A DNA stretch of 64,000 nucleotides from Coleofasciculus sp. B1-GNL1-01 (GTDB lineage: Bacteria > Cyanobacteriota > Cyanobacteriia > Cyanobacteriales > Coleofasciculaceae), in the NCBI GenBank assembly GCA_040220235.1, contig JAVJTO010000088.1; one strand, written 5' to 3'. The stretch's first letter is position 1; each line of letters starts with the position of its first letter. Of this stretch, positions 51,601 through 62,190 are shown in pieces. Under the pieces are notes generated by a model that saw only the letters and a program-made list of their open reading frames with translations, did not search any database and had not been told where the DNA came from. The position numbers and the translations under genes are program-made.

Positions 51601-54276
51601 ATGACAAAGGACAAAGGATCAATGACTAATTACGAATATCAAGTTGGCGGAAGTTTAGCGGCTGATGCTCCCAGTTATGTAATGCGTCAAGCTGACCAAA
51701 ATCTTTATCAGGCGTTAAAAGCTGGTAAATTTTGCTATGTGTTGAACTCGCGGCAAATGGGAAAGTCTAGCTTGCGGGTGCGAACGATGCAAAAACTGGA
51801 AAAAGAAAGAGTAAAATGTGCGGCAATTGATCTGACACTAATTGGCAGCGATAATGTTACCCAACCCGGCTGGTACATGGGCATATTTTACGATTTAGTC
51901 AGAAAGTTTGAGTTATCGGGTAAAATTAACAAAAGGGCATGGTGGAAAGAACATGAATCTTTATCCCCTGTGCAGCGATTGAGTAATTTTTTGGAGGAGG
52001 TATTATTAGCTGAGATATCAGACAACATTGTTATTTTTATCGATGAAATCGATACGGTACTCAGTTTAGAATTTCCCACCGATGATTTTTTTGCCTTAAT
52101 TCGGGGGTGTTACAATCAACGGGTTGACAATCCCGCTTATAAACGGTTGACGTTCTGTCTACTGGGTGTAGCCACGCCTTCAGTTTTTATTCAAGACAAA
52201 AATCGCACATCTTTTAACATTGGTTGTGGAATCGAATTATGTGGTTTTGAATTAGATGAAGCACAACCGCTAGCTGAGGGATTATTAGGTAGAGTTGATA
52301 ATCCTGAGATCATTTTAAAAGAGATTTTGACTTGGACAGGAGGACAGCCATTTCTCACCCAAAAGCTTTGTCAAATTGTTTATAATGCTTGTGGAGAATC
52401 CGATTTTTCTTTAAAGCCAGGAGAGACAGAGAAAAAATGGGTGGAAAAGTTGGTGCGATCGCACATCGTTGAAAACTGGGAATCTCAGGACAATCCAGAG
52501 CATTTGAGGACAATCCGCGATCGTATTTTGGGAAAAGGTCAGCGTAGTATTGATCTGCTGAGACTCTACCTGCAAATTTTGCAAGACAAAGAAGTAGAAG
52601 CTAATAGTCGTATTGAACAAACGGAACTGCGGTTGTCAGGTTTGGTCGTCAAACGGTACGATAGTTTAAGAGTTTATAATCGTATTTATGAAACTGTTTT
52701 TGACCACAATTGGGTCGCTAAAACAATAGTCGATCTGCGACCTTACGGAGAAGCGTTAGCCAGATGGATTGATTCTAAGCATCAAGACAAAAAGTGGCTG
52801 TTACGCGGGCGGGAATTACAGGAAGCACAAATCTGGAAAGCCAATAAAGACAACCTGAATTTAAGCGTTCAAGATTACCAGTTTTTGAGTGCTAGCCAAG
52901 AATTGGAAAGGCGAATAAACCAGCGAATTTTTAGGTTATTAGTCCTAGGCAACATACTATTTATAATTGGGTTGATTTTTGGATTTCGCCAGAACATTAG
53001 TCATTTAATTGAAGATTACTCTGCTCATTTGGCTGCACAAGTTGCTGGACAAGAACAATTTAGTGAAGGTGGAAAAACTTTTTTTGCCAGTAATGATAAT
53101 TTCAATCGTCAAATTGCCATTGAAGCATTCAAGCAACAGAATTACTCGACAGCGCTTGAATTCTTCAAGAGAGCCAAGCAATCTAATCCTAATGATCCGG
53201 AAATGTGGATTTACTATAATAATGCACGAGCTATTCAACAAGGTAAACCTCTAACTCTTGCCATTGTTATACCTGCCCACACTGATAGAGATATTGCTCT
53301 GGAAATGTTACGAGGTGTAGCCCAGGCACAGGATAGTTTCAATGAGCAGCGTGAAAAATTACAACTGCCCTTATTAAAAATCCTCATTGCCAATGATAGT
53401 AGCGATCCAACTCAAGCCAAAAAAGTTGCCCGAACTCTGAGTAGAAACCCAGATGTTTTGGGAGTAATTGGACATTATACCAGTAGTGCGAGTAATTCAG
53501 CTCTAAAAGAGTATGAAAGTGAAGGTCTAGCGATGATATCTCCTACTAGCACGAGTAATTCACTCAACGGTGATGTTTTCTTCAGAACAGTTCCTACCAA
53601 TCAAGATGCAGCTAAAATATTAGCCCGTTATGTCTGGGCAAATAAACTGAATAAAGTGGTCGTTTTTTATAACCCGAAAGACCTATATAGTCAGGACTTG
53701 ATGGATTCGCTAGAAAGTTCACTCAATCAGCACTCTGTCGAAATAAGTCAAAAAATAGACTTAAAAAATCTAGGACAGAAAGCCAATACTGAAACGTTCT
53801 TACTTAGTCACGTTAAACCAGAAACCAATGCAATAGTATTGCTGCCAAATACGGAACTAATTTCTGTTGCCATTGAAATTGCTCGTGCTAAAAACAATCT
53901 GGAAAGCTTAAAAAATAAGCCGCTGTTAGGAGCCAGTGCTTTGTATAGTTCAGAAGCTTTAAAAGTAGGGGGTTCAGCCCTAGAAGACTTGATTGTAGCG
54001 GTTCATTGGTTTGCCGATGCACCAGATTCACAAGACTTTGCCAATAAAGCTCAAGATATGTGGAAGGGGCAAGTCAATTGGCGTACTGCGAAGACTTATG
54101 AGGCGACACAGGCTTTCATTGAAGCTCTATCTGAATCCGATCAACCTTCTCGCTCAAGTGTGATTGAAAAACTCAAAACGATGAATCTTTCAGGCAAGGA
54201 ATCAGTGTTAGTTAAAGTCGTTAGAGGTGAAGGCGGTCCCCAAGGAAGTGACTTTCGTTATCAACTGGCTGAGTAG
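51601..54276 (+). CDS. AAA-like NTPase + TM + TPR + periplasmic binding (LivJ-like) domain
   Basis: [23 protein letters not shown]; single TM; LRGVAQAQ, VLGVIGHYTS, FFRTVP. Confidence 0.9.
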   Translation: MTKDKGSMTNYEYQVGGSLAADAPSYVMRQADQNLYQALKAGKFCYVLNSRQMGKSSLRVRTMQKLEKERVKCAAIDLTLIGSDNVTQPGWYMGIFYDLVRKFELSGKINKRAWWKEHESLSPVQRLSNFLEEVLLAEISDNIVIFIDEIDTVLSLEFPTDDFFALIRGCYNQRVDNPAYKRLTFCLLGVATPSVFIQDKNRTSFNIGCGIELCGFELDEAQPLAEGLLGRVDNPEIILKEILTWTGGQPFLTQKLCQIVYNACGESDFSLKPGETEKKWVEKLVRSHIVENWESQDNPEHLRTIRDRILGKGQRSIDLLRLYLQILQDKEVEANSRIEQTELRLSGLVVKRYDSLRVYNRIYETVFDHNWVAKTIVDLRPYGEALARWIDSKHQDKKWLLRGRELQEAQIWKANKDNLNLSVQDYQFLSASQELERRINQRIFRLLVLGNILFIIGLIFGFRQNISHLIEDYSAHLAAQVAGQEQFSEGGKTFFASNDNFNRQIAIEAFKQQNYSTALEFFKRAKQSNPNDPEMWIYYNNARAIQQGKPLTLAIVIPAHTDRDIALEMLRGVAQAQDSFNEQREKLQLPLLKILIANDSSDPTQAKKVARTLSRNPDVLGVIGHYTSSASNSALKEYESEGLAMISPTSTSNSLNGDVFFRTVPTNQDAAKILARYVWANKLNKVVVFYNPKDLYSQDLMDSLESSLNQHSVEISQKIDLKNLGQKANTETFLLSHVKPETNAIVLLPNTELISVAIEIARAKNNLESLKNKPLLGASALYSSEALKVGGSALEDLIVAVHWFADAPDSQDFANKAQDMWKGQVNWRTAKTYEATQAFIEALSESDQPSRSSVIEKLKTMNLSGKESVLVKVVRGEGGPQGSDFRYQLAE

Positions 54277-54437
54277 GGGAAAAGAGTGAGATTCATCATC
54301 TTGCCCCTGAAAACCGCGATCGCACAATCCAGAGGTCGAGAACTGGTAGAAAAAGCCCCTAAAGCGTTATTGTGTAAGAAGTCACGGCAATCCGACCCTA
54401 TCTCTCGTAACACTAAACTTTTAGACTAACGTTAACT

Positions 54438-55889
54438 ATGTTTGATGCTCTCGCCGAACGCTTAGAAGACGCCTGGAAGAAACTACGCGGTCAAGACAAG
54501 ATATCTCAAGCCAATATTCAAGACGCCCTGAAAGAGGTGCGTCGGGCTTTGCTGTCGGCAGATGTGAACCTGCAAGTTGTCAAAAAATTTGTTGCTGACG
54601 TTGAAAGCAATGCCATGGGCGCTGATGTCATCGCTGGCGTCCGCCCTGACCAACAGTTTATCAAGATTGTCTATGATGAACTGGTGCAGGTGATGGGGGA
54701 AAGTAATGTCCCCTTGGCTAAGGCAGATACATCGCCCACTATCGTGCTGATGGCAGGGTTGCAGGGAACCGGGAAAACTACGGCTACAGCTAAGTTAGCC
54801 TTACACCTGGCTAAGGAAAACCGCAGTTGCTTGATGGTGGCGACAGACGTTTATCGCCCTGCGGCGATTGACCAGTTGGTGACGTTGGGTGAACAGATTA
54901 ATATCCCTGTCTTTGAAATGGGGACGGATACTAACCCCGTAGAGATTGCCCGTCAAGGGGTTGCCCGTGCTAAGGAAACGGGTGTTGATACCGTAATTAT
55001 CGATACGGCGGGGCGATTACAAATCGACGCTGAGATGATGGCAGAACTTGCCCAGATTAAGGACAATGTTAAACCCCACGAGGTTCTGCTGGTTGTTGAC
55101 GCGATGACGGGTCAAGAGGCGGCTACCCTAACCCATACGTTTAATCAACAAATTGGGATTACAGGGGCAATTCTGACCAAACTGGATGGCGATACCAGAG
55201 GGGGTGCAGCCTTGTCTGTGCGCCAGGTATCGGGTCAGCCGATTAAATTTGTCGGTGTGGGTGAAAAGGTAGAAGCACTACAGCCATTTTATCCCGATCG
55301 CATGGCATCCCGGATTCTGGGTATGGGTGATGTGCTGACGCTGGTGGAAAAAGCCCAAGAAGAAATTGACATGGCTGACGCCGCCCAGATGCAGGAGAAA
55401 ATGCTCAATGCTCAGTTTGACTTCAGCGATTTCTTGAAGCAAATGCGGCTGTTGAAAAATATGGGTTCCCTGGGTGGGTTGATGAAGCTGATGCCAGGAA
55501 TGGGTAAGCTGAGTTCAGATCAACTGGAAAAAGGGGAAGGCAAGCTCAAGCAAACGGAAGCGATGATTAATTCGATGACGGCTGAGGAACGCCGTAATCC
55601 GGATTTGCTGGCTGGTTCTCCCAGTCGTCGCCGTCGTATTGCCCGGGGTTCAGGGCATAGCGAGCGTGAGGTGAGCAGTCTAATCAGTGAGTTTACCAAG
55701 ATGCGATCGCTGATGAAGCAGATGGGTCAAGGTCAAATGGGCGGACTTCCCGGAATGGGCGGAATGGGCGGAATGGGCGATATGTTTGGTGGCGGAATGG
55801 GCAATCGTGCCTCACAGGGTTGGCGCGGTAGCGGTCCGACGAAGAAGAAGAAAAAGGCGAAGAAGAAGAAGGGGTTTGGTCAGTTATGA
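54438..55889 (+). CDS. ffh: Signal recognition particle protein
   Basis: GLQGTGKTT, DTAGR, TKLDGD, M domain. Confidence 0.98.
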   Translation: MFDALAERLEDAWKKLRGQDKISQANIQDALKEVRRALLSADVNLQVVKKFVADVESNAMGADVIAGVRPDQQFIKIVYDELVQVMGESNVPLAKADTSPTIVLMAGLQGTGKTTATAKLALHLAKENRSCLMVATDVYRPAAIDQLVTLGEQINIPVFEMGTDTNPVEIARQGVARAKETGVDTVIIDTAGRLQIDAEMMAELAQIKDNVKPHEVLLVVDAMTGQEAATLTHTFNQQIGITGAILTKLDGDTRGGAALSVRQVSGQPIKFVGVGEKVEALQPFYPDRMASRILGMGDVLTLVEKAQEEIDMADAAQMQEKMLNAQFDFSDFLKQMRLLKNMGSLGGLMKLMPGMGKLSSDQLEKGEGKLKQTEAMINSMTAEERRNPDLLAGSPSRRRRIARGSGHSEREVSSLISEFTKMRSLMKQMGQGQMGGLPGMGGMGGMGDMFGGGMGNRASQGWRGSGPTKKKKKAKKKKGFGQL

Positions 55890-56049
55890 GGGAGATGGGG
55901 GAGATGGGGGAGATGGGGGAGATGGGAAAATCAACAAAGGACGAATGACGAATGACGAATGACAAATGACGAATGACAAATGACGAATCCCCATTTACCC
56001 TAAATTCTTAATCATCGCGTAAAATCAAACAGGTGAGTTATTGGAAACT

Positions 56050-56301
56050 ATGGTCAAAATTCGATTAAAACGATTCGGCAAAAAGCGTGAAGTGAGTTAT
56101 CGCATTGTGGCGATTGAGAGTAGTGCCCGTCGGGATGGGCGTCCTTTGGAGGAGTTAGGCTTCTACAATCCCAGAACTGATCAAACGACGCTGAATGCCC
56201 CCGCTATTACCAAGTGGCTGAAAAACGGAGCGCAGCCCACGGATACTGTTCGCAGCATTCTCAAGAAAGCCAATGTCCTTGAACAACAAGCCAGTGTCTG
56301 A
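56050..56301 (+). CDS. rpsP: 30S ribosomal protein S16
   Basis: [12 protein letters not shown]...GAQPTDTV. Confidence 0.97.
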   Translation: MVKIRLKRFGKKREVSYRIVAIESSARRDGRPLEELGFYNPRTDQTTLNAPAITKWLKNGAQPTDTVRSILKKANVLEQQASV

Positions 56302-56674
56302 AACTGGGCAGAAAACCAGCCCGGATTATGGGAGTCTGGTGCGATTTTTAGTTGAACCGTTTTTAGAGTCGTCCACGTCGCTGAGTTTAGACTGCGAACA
56401 TGCCCATGGTAATAATCGGGTCTGGATTCGGCTGGCGTTTGACGGAGAGGACAAGGGGCGAGTCTTTGGTCGAGGCGGTCGTAATATTCAGGCAATTCGC
56501 ACCGTTATCCAAGGGGTGGCTAAGATTGCAGGTGAATCGGTCTATTTGGATATCTATGATGAGTCGGGTGGCACATCCCGCCGTGAGACCCCTTCCGGGA
56601 GTAGATCCCAGGGGAGGAAAGGTTCGCCTCGACGCTTACCCTTGCCTAAACCTAACTCTAAGCCTCGTTCTTGA
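56273..56674 (+). CDS. khpA: KH-domain RNA-binding protein (KhpA-like)
   Basis: [17 protein letters not shown]; follows rpsP. Confidence 0.88.
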   Translation: MSLNNKPVSETGQKTSPDYGSLVRFLVEPFLESSTSLSLDCEHAHGNNRVWIRLAFDGEDKGRVFGRGGRNIQAIRTVIQGVAKIAGESVYLDIYDESGGTSRRETPSGSRSQGRKGSPRRLPLPKPNSKPRS

Positions 56675-56840
56675 TTTGTCATTGGTCATTGGTCATTTGT
56701 CCTTTGTTTTCCCTGCCTGCTAATAGTTGCAAGACTTACGCAGCCACACCCGATATACTGGTTAAGGTGCGTTACGCTTCGCTAACACACCCTACCACCC
56801 TACTGGCTGATAACTGCTCACTGATAACTGATGATAAACC

Positions 56841-57797
56841 TTGAGTGAAGTATCAACAACGATTGAATTACCGAGTGTCCAGAGTGCTATGGTACTGGCG
56901 GGCGATCGCGAGAGTAATCTGAAATTGCTCGCTCAACGCACTGGCGCGAGTCTGGTTTTACGGGGACAGGAATTGCTCATTTCTGGCACTCAAAAACAAG
57001 TTGAGCGCGTCTCGTCTGTGGTGCGATCGCTTAAACCGTTTTGGCTGGAGGGTAGACGGATTGAAGAGGCGGATATTCGCACCGCGTTTCATGCTTTGGA
57101 TACTCACCGTCAAGATGAACTCCAGGATTTACATCATGATGTGCTGGCGCGTACTCGTCGCGGTGATGTGATTCGCGCCAAGACGTTTCGCCAGCGCCAA
57201 TACGTTAAAGCGGTTCTTACTCATGATTTGACGTTTTGTATTGGACCGGCGGGAACCGGGAAAACCTTTTTGGCGGTGGTATTGGCAACCCGGGCATTAT
57301 TGGCAAATGAGTATGAACGCCTTATTTTAACCCGACCTGCGGTAGAAGCGGGGGAAAAGTTAGGATTTTTGCCGGGAGATTTACAGCAGAAAGTGAATCC
57401 CTTTTTACGTCCGCTTTATGATGCGTTATATGAACTAATTGATGGGGAGAAAATTCCCAATTTAATGGAACGGGGAATTATTGAAGTCGCACCCTTAGCC
57501 TATATGCGCGGACGAACCCTGAATAATGCGTTTGTAATTGTGGATGAAGCCCAAAATACCACCCCAGCCCAGATGAAAATGGTATTAACTCGCTTGGGAT
57601 TTGGTTCTCGGATGGTGGTGACTGGGGATATTACTCAAACCGATTTACCGATGAATCAAGATTCAGGATTAGGGGTGGCACAAAAAATTCTGCGCTCCGT
57701 TGATGGGATTGCATTTTGCGAACTTTCCACTCAAGATGTGGTTCGTAATCCTCTGGTTCAGCGCATTGTTGAGGCTTACGAGAAACATCAAAAATAA
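56841..57797 (+). CDS. phoH: PhoH-family protein
   Basis: GPAGTGKT, RPAVEAGEKLGFLPG, MRGRT, DEAQN. Confidence 0.95.
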   Translation: MSEVSTTIELPSVQSAMVLAGDRESNLKLLAQRTGASLVLRGQELLISGTQKQVERVSSVVRSLKPFWLEGRRIEEADIRTAFHALDTHRQDELQDLHHDVLARTRRGDVIRAKTFRQRQYVKAVLTHDLTFCIGPAGTGKTFLAVVLATRALLANEYERLILTRPAVEAGEKLGFLPGDLQQKVNPFLRPLYDALYELIDGEKIPNLMERGIIEVAPLAYMRGRTLNNAFVIVDEAQNTTPAQMKMVLTRLGFGSRMVVTGDITQTDLPMNQDSGLGVAQKILRSVDGIAFCELSTQDVVRNPLVQRIVEAYEKHQK

Positions 57798-57879
57798 GGC
57801 AGTGGATAGAGGATAGAGGATAGAGGGTAGAGGAGAGAAGGAAAATTACTACTGCTCGGATAAGCTCTAATTTAATTTT

Positions 57880-57945
57880 TCTTCCCCAGCTCCCCCAGCT
57901 TCCCCAGCTCCCCCAGCTTCCCCAGCTTCCCCAGCTTCCCCAGAT
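57880..57945. repeat. 9/10-bp tandem repeat (CCCCAGCTT)
   Basis: Directly visible. Confidence 0.8.
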
Positions 57946-57999
57946 TCCAGACGCGCCATGGCACGTCTCTACATTGCTTCCCCTATCTTCCCCAGTTAT

Positions 58000-60900
58000 C
58001 TACTGAGGATTACCAATCAAGGTAAAGGGCGCCCAGTAGTACGGATGCGAGAAATTGAGATTTTTGGTCTTGGCGAGTTCTGCCATTTCTGGGGGTAAAG
58101 TTATGCTCTTATCTCCATAATTTAATTGACCGTTAGCAATACTAACTTCGCCGCGAATCATGGCAAGTTGCGCTCGGCGTAATGCCTCACTTTTAATCGG
58201 AACTTGGCTTAACTGACGATAAAATTCAGTGGTGACACCTAATGCCCCTTCATCACTGACGTACCATAGAGTAGCCAAGGTAGAATCAACACCTGCTTGT
58301 AAGGCTGAGCCAGCAAAACCTAATTCAGCCTCTTGATTACCGAGGGCAGTTCGGCAAGCACTGAGGACTAATAAATCGATAGCGGAATCAGATAAGCCCA
58401 ATTCCTTGAGTTCATTCAACCGGAGTTTGCGATTCCACAGTTGAATGTAAGAATTCTCTGGATTACCTGGTTTGAATTCGGCGTGAGTGGCTAGATGGAT
58501 GATACCAAATTCATTCTGGCTGATTTGTTCTTGCAGATTCTGGAAGGTGAACTTCTCATTGAGAAATGCTTTGCCTTTCCATAGGTATTCGGTAATTGTG
58601 GATAATTCTAGGGGGACATAAGGTAACTCTTGTAAATCGAGGAATTTCGACGCCCCCATCGCTAGAACTGGACGCGAACGAATGTCGGGATTGCGAGCTT
58701 GCATTAAGCTGAAGCTAGGAATCAAGTTGACACTATAGTTCTCGATTAAGAAGTTGTCTCCATCATGAAGGGCGGCGATGGGGAGCGATCGCAACCCGGA
58801 ATCCATTGCAAACATTAACCCTTGGATTTGGCGTGCTTCTAAATCGTCCGCTAAGGGTTCGATTAACCATTGGTAGAGTTTTTGAGCTGAATCCAGATAG
58901 TTCGTCGATCCGAGGTTACGGCGATCGCTGAGTGTCCGCTGAAACTTCTGAGTCTCTGCTAAAACCTCAGCCCGAATCGCATTAGGAACTCGACGTTGAA
59001 TGGCTTCACCATTAGCAGTAATCAGTACCAATTCTAGCTGTTGATTGTCTTCTGGTGAGCAATTGCTTGATGCTGAGGGGGTATAACCAAATCGGCGATC
59101 CACGGCTGGCGCAGACTCTGCTTGACAAGCATTAGCTTCTGAGTTCATGGGTTGAGGGACAAAGCTGACATAAATCACAGCGGTTTTCAAGCCAGTGACT
59201 TGTTCAATGTCGCGAGTCTGTTCGCTGATCTGTTGTAGATTTAGCTGTCTGGTGACAAATTGTTGTTGGAGATAGGTTTGGAATTCTTGGGTAAAAGCAG
59301 CTTCAAGTTGATCCACGCGATCGCTAACATTATCCGTTTCTGACGATGTTGATGATTCTTCCTGGTTTGAAGCCTGCTGTTGGGATGTCTCACTGGGGGT
59401 TCCATTACCGTTATTTGCGGCTGTGGTGTCTTGTCCAGAGGATTCAGGGGTATTGGAATTACCGTTGGCGATACCGGAATTATCGCCACTGTCGGTGGGG
59501 TTCGAGCCACCGTTATTCACCGTATCGCTATTGTCAGGAGTATCCGGATTAGGATTACGGCTATAGGTTTCGCCGCCATCATCATTAGAGGTATCGGTGT
59601 TGGCGTTCTCTGTCTCCGTCGGATCTGTATTGTCGGTGTTGTTATCTACCGTCTCTGTATCACTATTGTCTTCAGGGATCTCACTATTTTCAGTGGTATC
59701 GGAGTTACGGCTATAGGTTTCGCCGCCATCACCATCATCATTAGAGGTATCGGTGTTGGCGTTCTCTGTAGAAGGCGTATCGCTAGCTTGAGTCGGAGTC
59801 CGGCTGTAGGTTGTCGGAGGGGAGTTATTATTCCCGCTATTAGAATTATTGCTCTCGGCGTTACTTTCCGCTACATCCCCCTCTTCGCAGCTAGGGTCAT
59901 CTGCGGAGCAGTTTTCTTCATCTTCGTCATCATTATTAGTGTTGGTACTAGGAAGCCGACTATAAGTTCGGCTATAGGTTTGGCTGCTGTTTTCCGTATC
60001 TGAATTGGCAGCTTGAGTATCGCTGCTATTGTCCGAGGTATTTGTATCAGAATTAGCCGTCGTGTCAGTACCACCTTGACCTTGACCCTCGTCTAAGTTA
60101 TCTTGACCGCCGCCAACAACGTCCTGTTCACCCTCGTCTAAGTTATCTTGACCGCCGCCAACAACGTCCTGTTCACCCTCGTCTAAAACATCACCTTGGT
60201 CATCTTCTAAACCATTACCTTGGTCATCTTCTAAGTCATCTTCTTGACCTTCACCTACCAAATCGCTGACAACATCACCGAAGTCATCACCTAAACCATC
60301 TCCGTTGTCACCGCCAGAATTGTCTGTTTGTTCACCGCCAGAATTGTCCGTTTGGTCACCGCCAGAACTGTTGCTGAAAGGAGGAAAACTAACGCTATTT
60401 AAAGGATTAGATATAGAAGTATTATTCAGCTCAGTTACTACATCCCTGGATGGATCTATAACTTCACCCGGCTTTTGTTGGAAACTTTGGGCAAACCAGT
60501 TAAGTTGACCATCCTCACCATTGCCGTTGTTTCTTAACCTTATCGCTCCATCAATGTAAATGTCGCCCTGTGGTGCTTCTAATGTAAACGTGCTAGCATT
60601 TCCTCGACCGCTATTGTTACCAAAAATATTTTTGGTAGTTATATCACCGTCTCGGGAAGATATCTGTACAGAAACGCTATCATCGTCTGGTCCACCTCGG
60701 TCTTCTGTTCTGATATCACCCGTTTCAATATTGCCTATAGCGAGTAAGGATATATCGCCTGCTAAATTGTTACCCTGGGCACTGGTATCTAGTTCTCCTG
60801 TGGTAATACGATTGCCGCTGATACCAATTCCATCTTGCCCCCTGATCTTTCCAGTTGCGACAACATCGCCATTATTTACAGTAATTCCTGAGCCTGATAA

Positions 60901-61764
60901 GATTACCTGCTCACCATCCGCGTCCGCGATCGCTTGAGTGGCATGATCAATCCCTCCTCCTGTCAGCAGTTGAGGCAAAGAAGCTACATTACCATCCCAA
61001 CTGCCTGGATTACCACTTACTGAGTCTACAGGTTCAAACTCTAAATTTAGCACCATTCCCGGTTGGCTGAGGCGCACTACCGTATTACCGGGTACTGTGG
61101 CGATAGTCACTTGACCATCTGGTGCTGAGAGCGTGCCTTCACTGACAACAGTGCCACCGATTAAGGCTAAGTTCCCACTATCAACTGTTAGGTTAGCAGA
61201 GCTAACGATTCCTCCGGGTTCAGACGTATTAAAGGCAAAAGAATTGTTAGGATTTCCTGTTAGCTGACTTGCATCAATCTGCCCTGTCGCATTAAACCAC
61301 TGGTCATTGTCTAAACCAATTGACGTGGCGGTTGTGGCAGTAAAGGAACCTGGCACATCCAGACTTGCACCAGCTCCAAACACAATACCAGCCGGATTCA
61401 TCAAAAAGAGATTGGCACTGCTTCCTTCCGCGACTTTGATGATTCCGTTGATTTCAGAGGGACTACCACCCGTAATCCGACTCAGAATGTTTTGAATATT
61501 TGTATTATTGACATTAAATTTAGCCGTTTGCTCTGCGCCAATACTAAACTGCTCAAAGCTGTGAATCAGATTATTGCCAGCTTCAACACCACCGTCAATG
61601 TTATAAGTTCCGTTCTGTTCGTTAAAAGTCGTTGTGCTACCCGCTGTATTATCTGGAGTAACCTCGGCTTGGGCAAGCTTAGCAAAGCCCAGAAGCCCTG
61701 TTAGACTATAAAGGGCTGCCAGTGATTGACTTATTCGGCGTATGGCTGGTTTCATCTGGCTCAC
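58000..61764 (-). CDS. Haemagglutinin (TPS) N-terminal domain + acidic low-complexity linker + CHAT domain
   Basis: NLIHSFEQF, NLFLMNPAGI; HLATHA, LVLSAC, HPYYWAPFTLIGNP. Confidence 0.92.
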   Translation of the reverse strand: MSQMKPAIRRISQSLAALYSLTGLLGFAKLAQAEVTPDNTAGSTTTFNEQNGTYNIDGGVEAGNNLIHSFEQFSIGAEQTAKFNVNNTNIQNILSRITGGSPSEINGIIKVAEGSSANLFLMNPAGIVFGAGASLDVPGSFTATTATSIGLDNDQWFNATGQIDASQLTGNPNNSFAFNTSEPGGIVSSANLTVDSGNLALIGGTVVSEGTLSAPDGQVTIATVPGNTVVRLSQPGMVLNLEFEPVDSVSGNPGSWDGNVASLPQLLTGGGIDHATQAIADADGEQVILSGSGITVNNGDVVATGKIRGQDGIGISGNRITTGELDTSAQGNNLAGDISLLAIGNIETGDIRTEDRGGPDDDSVSVQISSRDGDITTKNIFGNNSGRGNASTFTLEAPQGDIYIDGAIRLRNNGNGEDGQLNWFAQSFQQKPGEVIDPSRDVVTELNNTSISNPLNSVSFPPFSNSSGGDQTDNSGGEQTDNSGGDNGDGLGDDFGDVVSDLVGEGQEDDLEDDQGNGLEDDQGDVLDEGEQDVVGGGQDNLDEGEQDVVGGGQDNLDEGQGQGGTDTTANSDTNTSDNSSDTQAANSDTENSSQTYSRTYSRLPSTNTNNDDEDEENCSADDPSCEEGDVAESNAESNNSNSGNNNSPPTTYSRTPTQASDTPSTENANTDTSNDDGDGGETYSRNSDTTENSEIPEDNSDTETVDNNTDNTDPTETENANTDTSNDDGGETYSRNPNPDTPDNSDTVNNGGSNPTDSGDNSGIANGNSNTPESSGQDTTAANNGNGTPSETSQQQASNQEESSTSSETDNVSDRVDQLEAAFTQEFQTYLQQQFVTRQLNLQQISEQTRDIEQVTGLKTAVIYVSFVPQPMNSEANACQAESAPAVDRRFGYTPSASSNCSPEDNQQLELVLITANGEAIQRRVPNAIRAEVLAETQKFQRTLSDRRNLGSTNYLDSAQKLYQWLIEPLADDLEARQIQGLMFAMDSGLRSLPIAALHDGDNFLIENYSVNLIPSFSLMQARNPDIRSRPVLAMGASKFLDLQELPYVPLELSTITEYLWKGKAFLNEKFTFQNLQEQISQNEFGIIHLATHAEFKPGNPENSYIQLWNRKLRLNELKELGLSDSAIDLLVLSACRTALGNQEAELGFAGSALQAGVDSTLATLWYVSDEGALGVTTEFYRQLSQVPIKSEALRRAQLAMIRGEVSIANGQLNYGDKSITLPPEMAELAKTKNLNFSHPYYWAPFTLIGNPQ

Positions 61765-62190
61765 TTGAAAAACAGTAAATGCTGAGTCTCCTAACTGCTG
61801 GTGTTGTCATGTTTCCTGGTGTAGTGGATAACCCAAACCGTTGCGGTAGGTAGCTAGTAGGAGTGTTTAGGCTGATCTGCTGATGATCTTGACTCTGGCT
61901 ATTGTGTGTTGTATATATTTTACCCTATACTCATCACTTTCTTGTCGAAAATTTTTTTCTTTCCACAAGCTTAATGATTGAGTTGTGACTAACGCTACAC
62001 TTTGAGCCAGGTAGGAAAACCTATACTTGATTGATATTATCGATCTATCCTAAACCTCCATTATATTAAATATTGTGAATTTGTCGAGAAAAAGGCTAGA
62101 ATCCGCATCTCAGGGTCGATACACTATGGAACAGTGCGGATGTACTGACAACTTGATTAAATCCCTAGTCTCAATGGCATTCCAGCCTGC

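Noticed and set aside
59380..60003. 207-aa plus-strand ORF
   Set aside because: Antisense shadow of the low-complexity linker of the TPS-CHAT gene.
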